DNA from: Candidatus Heimdallarchaeota archaeon
GTDB taxonomy: Archaea; Asgardarchaeota; Heimdallarchaeia; Heimdallarchaeales; Heimdallarchaeaceae
Length of the DNA stretch: 24,000 nt
Direction of reading: 5' to 3'
Assembly: GCA_019057375.1 (NCBI GenBank)
Contig: DXJF01000114.1
Span: 23,787 to 47,786 of the forward strand
Shown here: positions 16,923 through 24,000 of the stretch, one piece after another
How positions within the stretch are numbered: position 1 is the first letter of the stretch
Layout: each line of letters starts with the position of its first letter
Made by a program: the position numbers and the translations under genes
Notes under the pieces: model-generated
Told to the model about the DNA's origin: nothing
The model's database searches: none
Seen by the model: only the letters and a program-made list of their open reading frames with translations

Positions 16923-17200
16923 CTTTTATTGATAGGTCTTTCTTCGTTCTCTTCTTTCTTGTTTTCTTTAAATATTTTTTGTTACAAATCTATGTTTCAC
17001 CAATATTTGATATTTCTCTCTTTTTGGTTCATTAAAATCTTCTTTTTTTTCATTCTAATTATTAATTTGGTTTCTTCTAATTTGCTCGTTTTCTTTAATA
17101 TTTCCCCCTTAAGATACCATTTTGTCAAACTTTCGTTTTTTTCCGACTCAAAATCATATTCCAATCCTTGTTTCTTTTTTCAATATCACTAGGTAACATT

Positions 17201-17210
17201 TATAAAAACT
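17201..17210 (+). promoter_or_regulatory. Possible archaeal TATA box for the transporter operon
   Basis: TTTATAAAAA about 62-71 nt upstream of the 17272 start. Confidence 0.35.
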
Positions 17211-17271
17211 TCAGCAGACAATCTATCAAAGGAATAGTGTTAAACTATTCTGTCCACTCGAGTGATTTATT

Positions 17272-19887
17272 ATGGATAAAAGTGTAGCAATGTCTTTAAA
17301 AATCGTTGGTTTTCTCCTTATTCTTACTTCTGCCTGGGTACCTATATATACAATTACATTTGATTCTACAACAACTGAACCTGAACCAATTATTCTTGTT
17401 GGTTCTCAGAGCATTACTGGAGTCCTTCATAATGTATATTACGAAAATAATCTAGCATTTGTAGTAGATTCAGATACAGGGTTAAATATTGTAAATGTAA
17501 CTGATGCAACAACACCTGAGATTATTGGGACATACAATATTGCAAATGGGGCCAATGGTATATTCGTGAAGGATAACTATGCTTACATTGCAGATACGGT
17601 CACAGGATTACAGATTGTTAATATTACTGACCCTACTTCACCAACACAAGTTGGTACATATAGTATTACAGGAGGGGCCACTGATGTATTTGTATCAGGA
17701 AATTATACTTACATTGTAGATTCAACAATAGGGTTTCAAATACTAAATATTAGTGACCCAACAACACCAACACAAGAGGGTGTATTTAGTATTTCAGGGG
17801 AAATAAACAGTTTAATTGTAAAAGATGAATTCGCATATATTGTAGATTCAGTAACTGGTTTACGTATTCTAAATATTACTGACGCAACTTTACCAAGCTT
17901 GGTTGCAACCTTCGATGTAAACGAACCAGTATATGATGTAGCTGTTTTAGGAAGTTATGCTTACATTGTTGGTGAAAATATTGGCATACAAGTAGTAAAT
18001 ATAAGTAATCCTCAATCTCCCGTTCTCACTAGTTCTTATTATATTGAAGGAAATGTCAATGGAATACATATTGAAAATGAACATGCATATATTGTTGATT
18101 CGACTGTTGGAATACAAATTGTTTCAATTATAAATCCAGAAGAATTAACTATTGTAGGCTCACAGGAAATTACAGGAGAGATATATGGAATATTCGTAAA
18201 AGATGGATATGCATATGTTGTAGGATCAGATCTAGAAATCTTTATAGTAAGACCCAGATCTGAGTATGATTCATCAGGTACACTAGTACGAATCTTCGGT
18301 TTCAAAATCGATTATAAAATGTTAACTTACAGTAGTGCAAACAACCTCGCTCAAGAACGATTCTTGGAAGCAGAAACACCCAGTAGTGTTGTTATTCTTG
18401 CTGCAGCTTTGTGGTTTATACTAATCTTTGCTACAGCTGCTGTTGTTTTGGGTCAGGTTTTTCAAAGTGGTGGTTTCAAATCGAGGGGCACTATTGCAGA
18501 TATTGCTGCAGGAATTCTTTTACTTTTGGCTCTGGTAGTTGCTATTTTATCAATGAGCAGATCAATGATTATAGCAGCAGAAAGATACCAAGCTTTAGTA
18601 ACGGGACAAACTGCAGCCTCAACGGTGCCTCTTACGTTTAACCCGAATGATTCTACACCAGCTTACTTTGACATTGGTTTAACAGGTTCAGTTGGACCAG
18701 GATTCTACATATTCACCATTGGAATATTAATGATGGTAACTGGTATCTTTCTACCAGTCAATTGGCAACAACCAACCAGCTCCAAAATGTCAAGAAGAAT
18801 TGGTGATACTGGTGTTCTTAGATGGGTTAAAAACATAGCATCATTAAGATTAACTACTTATGTTACTAGAAGATTATTAACACTTATTCCTCTCTTCATT
18901 GCAATATGTGTGATGACATTTGTAATGGTAAACGGAATGGGTGACCCAGTTGCATTATTGCTACTTGGAAAACAAAGAGTAACGGAACAAGATAGGATAA
19001 ATCTTACTAAAAAACTTGGTCTAGATCAGCCCATTTATATTCAATTCGTTACTTGGTTCTATAACCTTATACGAGGGGACATGGGTATAAGTTTCCAATC
19101 AGGTCAATCAATTAATAATATGATTGGTGGATTAATTTGGGAAACTTTAAAGCTTCAGTTAGCATCATTTGTGCTAGCTTTGCTTATTTCGATACCTTTG
19201 GGTGTTTTAGCAGCAAAGAATCAAAATACTTGGATTGACTCAGCTGCAAGTTCTTTCGCACTCTTAGGTCTCTCAATGCCAATTTTTGTGTTTGGTTTAT
19301 TAATGATTTATATATTCAGCGGATATGGTTTAGGATGGTTCCCAGCTGCAAAAGCTCACCGAATACCAGCGCCCACGCCTGTGTTTAGTCAGACGAACTG
19401 GCAATTATTCTGGTCAGGGCAGTGGGGAGGTGTTGGTGGATTTTGGAATAATGTAGGTGTAAGATTAGGGGATTCACTCCTTCATATGGCTTTACCAACT
19501 ATAACTTTGACATTTGCTTTCTTAGCCCTATATACTAGGTTAGTTAGGGCAACAATGCTTGAAGTTCTTAGACAAGATTATGTCTTATCTGCAAGAGCAA
19601 ATGGAATATCTGAAAGAACCATTACATGGAGACATGCATTCAGAAATGTTTTGATCCCTGTAGTAACCTATGTTGGGTTGTTTATGGCTACAGCTTTAGC
19701 TGGAGCTCCAATTACTGAAACACTCTTCACATGGCCGGGTTTAGGATTCAAATATGTAGGTGCGGTGCTTCTTTTGGACTTCCCGATGGTCTTAGGTACG
19801 ACGGCGATTCTGACTTTACTTATCTTACTAGGTAACTTGATAACAGATATTGCTTATGTTGCGGTAGATCCGCGTATAGAACTATGA
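17272..19887 (+). CDS. LVIVD beta-propeller fused to peptide/nickel ABC transporter permease (DppB/OppB type)
   Basis: 871 aa; seven ~42-aa LVIVD-like repeats, extra TM helices, then 'YVTRRLLTLIPLFIAICVMTFVMVNGM..DPVALLLLG' and 'LSARANGISERTITWRHAFRNVLIPVVTYVG' permease motif. Confidence 0.93.
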   Translation: MDKSVAMSLKIVGFLLILTSAWVPIYTITFDSTTTEPEPIILVGSQSITGVLHNVYYENNLAFVVDSDTGLNIVNVTDATTPEIIGTYNIANGANGIFVKDNYAYIADTVTGLQIVNITDPTSPTQVGTYSITGGATDVFVSGNYTYIVDSTIGFQILNISDPTTPTQEGVFSISGEINSLIVKDEFAYIVDSVTGLRILNITDATLPSLVATFDVNEPVYDVAVLGSYAYIVGENIGIQVVNISNPQSPVLTSSYYIEGNVNGIHIENEHAYIVDSTVGIQIVSIINPEELTIVGSQEITGEIYGIFVKDGYAYVVGSDLEIFIVRPRSEYDSSGTLVRIFGFKIDYKMLTYSSANNLAQERFLEAETPSSVVILAAALWFILIFATAAVVLGQVFQSGGFKSRGTIADIAAGILLLLALVVAILSMSRSMIIAAERYQALVTGQTAASTVPLTFNPNDSTPAYFDIGLTGSVGPGFYIFTIGILMMVTGIFLPVNWQQPTSSKMSRRIGDTGVLRWVKNIASLRLTTYVTRRLLTLIPLFIAICVMTFVMVNGMGDPVALLLLGKQRVTEQDRINLTKKLGLDQPIYIQFVTWFYNLIRGDMGISFQSGQSINNMIGGLIWETLKLQLASFVLALLISIPLGVLAAKNQNTWIDSAASSFALLGLSMPIFVFGLLMIYIFSGYGLGWFPAAKAHRIPAPTPVFSQTNWQLFWSGQWGGVGGFWNNVGVRLGDSLLHMALPTITLTFAFLALYTRLVRATMLEVLRQDYVLSARANGISERTITWRHAFRNVLIPVVTYVGLFMATALAGAPITETLFTWPGLGFKYVGAVLLLDFPMVLGTTAILTLLILLGNLITDIAYVAVDPRIEL
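17404..18252 (+). repeat. Seven tandem ~126-nt (42-aa) LVIVD propeller-blade repeats, coding
   Basis: Consensus T(Y/F).I.G....(I/V).V....AYIVDS..G.QI.NI.DPT.P..VG repeated seven times in the translation. Confidence 0.85.
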
Positions 19888-19904
19888 TAAACAGGTGATA
19901 TGAG

Positions 19905-21182
19905 TTGCAAAAAGCTAAGAAAACACAAAAAGGGTCTTTTTCTAAAAGACTTGATAATTACTTAGTGGAAAAAAGGTTACCAAGATCTATGTCTTGGGCT
20001 GGAGCACTCGCTGTGCTCTGGCAGCACTACTACCTTAACTATATCATACAATTCTTAGGGATTATCTTAATATTTGGAATTGGATTACCATATGGTCTTA
20101 GAGCATTCGGAGTTTCCATGAGTGTAGACGGTGTTCGACTAGGACCAATTGGATCTCCATTCGCATATCTTATCTATATAGGAATCGTAGCATTAGTATG
20201 GGTTGGTGTAAAGGTAGGTTGGAGATATTACCAGAAGGTAACTGGTAAGAAAGAAATGATTATTGCAAAAGATGGAACTCTTCGAGAAAGAAGTCCTTCT
20301 CAATGGACACTTGTTTGGAGAAGATATAAGAAAAACAAAGTTGCAGTCTTATCTGCTACTCTCGTAGTTGGAATCACAATTCTGGCAATTACTTATCCAA
20401 TCTTGATGCCCTTTAGCCCTGTAGGAACTTCCCCCCTGTTTGATGCATGGAATGGAGGTGGTTCTTTAGCTAATCCAAATCTAAAGTATCCTGGAGGAAC
20501 AGATATTCTTGGAAGAGATGAATTCTCAAGGTTACTTGCTGGTAGTGAAGTTTCCTTAACTGTAGGATTATTCTCAACTGTGATGTCTGTTCTAATAGGA
20601 GTAACATTAGGTGCCCTTGCTGGATACTATAGAGGATGGACTGAAGAAATTATTATGAGAATTACAGACATGTTTCTCGCTCTACCATTTCTTGTAATAG
20701 CAATTCTAGCAGTTTCATTCATCAGAAGAGGAAGATTAGTTTTTTTGAGACGGATACCACAATCAATAGTTATTATTATTGTACTAGGAATATTTGGTTG
20801 GGCAGGACTATGTAGGTTAGTCACAGCTAACACGAAGCAGATTTACAACTTAGATTATGTAAATGCTGCAAGAGTATTAGGAGCAAGTAATCGGAGAATC
20901 ATTTTAGTCCATATACTACCGAATATTTTAGCTCCTATCATTGTTATTGCCACAATATCCATTGCAGGAGGAATTCTCTCAGAAGCAGGATTAACCTTTT
21001 TAGGTTTAGGAAGTCCAACAACGATTTCTTGGGGACAGATGGTTAATGAAGCACAAACGGTTCTTAAAACGAACCCAGAATTAGCGCTTCTACCAGGATT
21101 CGCAATATTCTTTGTAGTACTGGCATTCAACTTGCTAGGAGACGCATTAAGAGATGCGCTAGATCCAAGATTAAGAGAGTGA
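19905..21182 (+). CDS. dppC: Peptide ABC transporter permease (DppC/OppC type)
   Basis: 'WRRYKKNKVAVLSATLVVG', 'HPLGTD'-like 'YPGGTDILGRDEFSRLLAGSEVSL', 'AARVLGASNRRIILVHILPNILAPIIV'. Confidence 0.92.
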   Translation: MQKAKKTQKGSFSKRLDNYLVEKRLPRSMSWAGALAVLWQHYYLNYIIQFLGIILIFGIGLPYGLRAFGVSMSVDGVRLGPIGSPFAYLIYIGIVALVWVGVKVGWRYYQKVTGKKEMIIAKDGTLRERSPSQWTLVWRRYKKNKVAVLSATLVVGITILAITYPILMPFSPVGTSPLFDAWNGGGSLANPNLKYPGGTDILGRDEFSRLLAGSEVSLTVGLFSTVMSVLIGVTLGALAGYYRGWTEEIIMRITDMFLALPFLVIAILAVSFIRRGRLVFLRRIPQSIVIIIVLGIFGWAGLCRLVTANTKQIYNLDYVNAARVLGASNRRIILVHILPNILAPIIVIATISIAGGILSEAGLTFLGLGSPTTISWGQMVNEAQTVLKTNPELALLPGFAIFFVVLAFNLLGDALRDALDPRLRE

Positions 21183-21186
21183 TACA

Positions 21187-22221
21187 ATGGCACAAAATAA
21201 AAAAATACTAGACGCACGAAATATTTACACATACTTCTATACTGAGAGCGGTGTTGTTGAAGCCTTAGATGGTGTTTCCTTCGATGTTAATTATGGTGAA
21301 CCTGTAGGTATTGTTGGAGAATCAGGCTGTGGTAAAACAGTCACTGCTCACTCCACTTTACGTATCTTACCTAAAAATGGTAAAACTGTTGCTGGTGATA
21401 TAATCTACAAGGGTGTTAACCTTCTTGATTTACCTGATCTTCAAATGAGAAGGATACGTGGTAAAGAAATTGCTATGATTTTCCAAGATCCTATGACAAG
21501 CTTGAATCCAATTTTCAAAGTATCAGATCAGATGACTGAAGTTATTGCTTTGCATAGAAAATGCAATAAGAAAGAAGCTTTAGAGATTGCTATTGAAACT
21601 CTTGATCAAGTAGGAATTTCCGAAGCTGAAAAACGTATTACTGATTATCCTCACCAATTTAGTGGAGGAATGCGTCAGAGAATTCTCATAGCCAGAGCAC
21701 TTGCTCTTCAACCCAGTCTTTTGATTGCTGATGAACCTACAACTGCTTTAGATGTTACAATTCAAGCACAGGTTCTTGAAATCATCAAAGAGATGCAAAA
21801 AAAACTAGGGTTAGCTATGATGCTCATTACTCACAATCTTGGAGTTGTTGCAGAGACTACAAAGCGAGTTCATATTTTCTATGGTGGTCGTGTCGTTGAA
21901 TCTGGACCAACAGAAGAGATATTCCTTGATCCCAAACATCCATACACATATGCACTCTTTGAAAGTATTCCATCTCTGGAAAAAGACAAGACACGTCTTG
22001 AAACGATTCCTGGTAATGTACCAAGATTGATTAATCCTCCAAAGGGATGTCGTTTCCACCCGAGATGTAAATATGCAACTGAAATTTGTTCTCGTGTTCG
22101 ACCTCCTGAATTTAAGTTTGGCAAGGGTCGTCGTGTTGCTTGTCATCATTTCGAGGAACTAGATTTGCATATAGATATGGAATCTATACGTGAGAGTAAG
22201 GCTATAAAGGAGGAAGCATGA
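21187..22221 (+). CDS. dppD: Peptide ABC transporter ATP-binding protein (DppD/OppD type)
   Basis: Walker A 'GESGCGKTV', signature 'FSGGMRQR', Walker B 'LLIADEPTTALD', C-terminal 'GCRFHPRC'. Confidence 0.95.
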   Translation: MAQNKKILDARNIYTYFYTESGVVEALDGVSFDVNYGEPVGIVGESGCGKTVTAHSTLRILPKNGKTVAGDIIYKGVNLLDLPDLQMRRIRGKEIAMIFQDPMTSLNPIFKVSDQMTEVIALHRKCNKKEALEIAIETLDQVGISEAEKRITDYPHQFSGGMRQRILIARALALQPSLLIADEPTTALDVTIQAQVLEIIKEMQKKLGLAMMLITHNLGVVAETTKRVHIFYGGRVVESGPTEEIFLDPKHPYTYALFESIPSLEKDKTRLETIPGNVPRLINPPKGCRFHPRCKYATEICSRVRPPEFKFGKGRRVACHHFEELDLHIDMESIRESKAIKEEA

Positions 22222-22222
22222 A

Positions 22223-23260
22223 ATGACAACGCTTGAAGAATATGAAACAATTGATCTCTTCTCTAATTGGGACCAAAAAACACAACCTATTATAACAATT
22301 GATAACCTAAAGAAATGGTTTCCTGTAAGTCAACAGTCAGTCCTTTTCTCTCGAGTGGTTGCAAATATTAAGGCTGTTGATGGGGTAAACCTATTTCTTA
22401 ACAAAGGTGAAACTCTGGGTCTAGTTGGTGAATCAGGCTGTGGTAAAAGTACAACAGCCAGAGTTATTGTCAAGTTAGAAAAACCTACTGAGGGTTCTAT
22501 TTATTTCAAAGGAATAGACATCTTCCAACCTATGTCTCGTGAAGAAGAACTAGCAGTTAAACGTCAATTACAGATGGTTTTCCAAGATCCTTATTCCAGT
22601 TTGAATCCAAGGAGAATGGTTCTTGATTTAATCAAAGAGCCTTTTGATATACATTATCCAGATATGCTCTATGAAGAAAAAGAATCAAGAGTCCTTGAAA
22701 TTCTTGCAAAGGTAGGATTAGAAGATTACCATGCTTTAAGATATCCTCACGAATTCAGTGGTGGTCAAAGACAAAGATTAGGGATTGCAAGGGCTTTAGC
22801 AATTCACCCAGAAGTAATTTTGTTAGATGAACCAGTTTCAGCTCTTGATGTCTCTGTGCAGGCACAAATCCTGAATCTTCTACATGACTTGCAAAAGGAT
22901 TTCGATCTAACTTTCATGTTTATTGCACATGATCTCAGTGTTATCAAACATGTCTCAGATAGAGTAGCAGTAATGTACCTAGGAAAAATCATGGAAATGT
23001 GTCCAACAGGAGAATTGTTTCGTAAGACAGCTCATCCCTATTCAGTATCTTTGCTTTCAGCTATTCCTCGTCCAGATCCTCGTATAAAAATGGATCGTAT
23101 AATTCTTGAGGGTGATGTTCCAAGTGCAATTAATCCTCCTACAGGATGTCCATTTCACCCAAGATGTTACAAGGCTCAAGAGATATGCTCAAAAGTTACT
23201 CCTCAATTAGAAGAACTAGAACCAAATCACTACGTTTCATGTCATTTTCCAGAAATTTAA
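22223..23260 (+). CDS. dppF: Peptide ABC transporter ATP-binding protein (DppF/OppF type)
   Basis: 'GESGCGKSTT', 'FSGGQRQRLGIARAL', 'VILLDEPVSALDVS', 'GCPFHPRC'. Confidence 0.95.
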   Translation: MTTLEEYETIDLFSNWDQKTQPIITIDNLKKWFPVSQQSVLFSRVVANIKAVDGVNLFLNKGETLGLVGESGCGKSTTARVIVKLEKPTEGSIYFKGIDIFQPMSREEELAVKRQLQMVFQDPYSSLNPRRMVLDLIKEPFDIHYPDMLYEEKESRVLEILAKVGLEDYHALRYPHEFSGGQRQRLGIARALAIHPEVILLDEPVSALDVSVQAQILNLLHDLQKDFDLTFMFIAHDLSVIKHVSDRVAVMYLGKIMEMCPTGELFRKTAHPYSVSLLSAIPRPDPRIKMDRIILEGDVPSAINPPTGCPFHPRCYKAQEICSKVTPQLEELEPNHYVSCHFPEI

Positions 23261-23346
23261 TTTGTTACTTTTTTCTTTTCTTTTTATTTTTGAATTAACT
23301 CTGAACAATAGAGAGTTTTTTAACTTTCTTAGGTAACAACCCCATA

Positions 23347-23925
23347 ATGCACGTGTCACAATATTTCAAGAAACGAACTTATACTTTCAAAGCATTCAGG
23401 CGAGACGTTTCAAAAATATTTAGAAATAGATCTCAGATTAGAGAATCTAGGAAAACAGAAAGATTGTCTCCACAGTTCAGAGAGCGAATTATGTTAGCAG
23501 TAACAGCTGTTAATGGTTGTAGATATTGTGAGTGGGGTCACACAAAAGCAGCATTAAATCTTGGGTGTACAGAAGAAGAAATAGAACAGATTATGAAACA
23601 CGATTTCGGTTCTTGTGACCCTGATGAAGTTATAGGTCTTGCTTATGCCCAACATTATGCTGAATCAGGTGGATCACCAGCAGAAGACGCAAAACAGAAA
23701 TTATTGGAATTTTATGGTGAACAGAAGGCTCGAGACATTCAACTATACATAGATATGGTTACAATAGGGAACTTACTTGGAAATACAGTAGATGCTTTTG
23801 AAAGTAGACTAAAGGGTTTACCACCAGAAAATGGATCGTTTCTATTTGAGTTGTTACTCTATTCCTTAGGTTTTCCTTTTGTTATTATCTTCAATAGAAA
23901 AGAGAAAAAGAAACGTAAAAATTAG
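23347..23925 (+). CDS. Carboxymuconolactone decarboxylase / AhpD-like protein
   Basis: 'MLAVTAVNGCRYCEWGHTKAALNLGCTEEEI', CxxC-x-x-x-H motif of the AhpD/CMD fold. Confidence 0.8.
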   Translation: MHVSQYFKKRTYTFKAFRRDVSKIFRNRSQIRESRKTERLSPQFRERIMLAVTAVNGCRYCEWGHTKAALNLGCTEEEIEQIMKHDFGSCDPDEVIGLAYAQHYAESGGSPAEDAKQKLLEFYGEQKARDIQLYIDMVTIGNLLGNTVDAFESRLKGLPPENGSFLFELLLYSLGFPFVIIFNRKEKKKRKN

Positions 23926-24000
23926 TAGCCTTCTTCAAGATTTACCTCATTCAAGAATTTCTTCTTACCTTTTGCAAATCTACGTAAATTTTCTATTTGT
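23922..24000 (-). CDS. C-terminal end of a minus-strand ORF (partial)
   Basis: Reverse complement reads ...QIENLRRFAKGKKKFLNEVNLEEGY*. Open to the window edge; stop overlaps the AhpD-like stop. Confidence 0.4.
   Translation of the reverse strand, partial: QIENLRRFAKGKKKFLNEVNLEEGY

Noticed and set aside
16866-17192. 108-aa plus-strand ORF across the tRNA fragment and following T-rich region
   Set aside because: Covers the tRNA-Val remnant and promoter; Phe/Ser/Leu-rich translation looks like noncoding sequence.
17404-18252. CRISPR-like or noncoding tandem repeats
   Set aside because: The 126-nt periodicity is degenerate at DNA level and explained by LVIVD beta-propeller blades in one frame.
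20855-21232. 125-aa minus-strand ORF and other short minus-strand ORFs within the dpp genes
   Set aside because: Antisense to strongly supported transporter genes, without recognisable features.

Overview
24 kb AT-rich, probably archaeal window (BHB-like intron-bearing tRNA, TATA-type promoter); an Asgard-like source is suggested but not proven by an Arf-family-like protein. Contents in order: start of uvrC (- strand, off the left edge) overlapping uvrB; two small unknown ORFs; a compact five-gene minus-strand cluster (8737->2807) encoding a degenerate Arf-like pseudo-GTPase, a MoxR/RavA/chelatase-like AAA+ ATPase, a vWA-MIDAS protein, a 534-aa protein with a degenerate gluzincin-like signature (HAFAH...GEGFAHY), and a HEAT-repeat protein; Nudix hydrolase; threonine dehydratase-like enzyme; HGSNAT/DUF5009-like membrane protein; cysteine-synthase-like enzyme. 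A ~4.33 kb insertion (about 12536-16868) splits an intronless tRNA-Val(GAC) gene exactly at the T-stem/T-loop. It carries a beta-helix surface protein, a complete intron-containing tRNA-Val(GAC) and a TnpB-like protein whose third RuvC acidic residue is His, with short hairpins just inside both ends. Then a DppBCDF-type ABC transporter operon whose DppB is fused to a seven-blade LVIVD propeller, and an AhpD/CMD-like protein. The two strongest leads are the pseudo-GTPase/AAA+/vWA/pseudo-peptidase/HEAT cluster, and the tRNA-disrupting element that carries its own diverged tRNA-Val copy.
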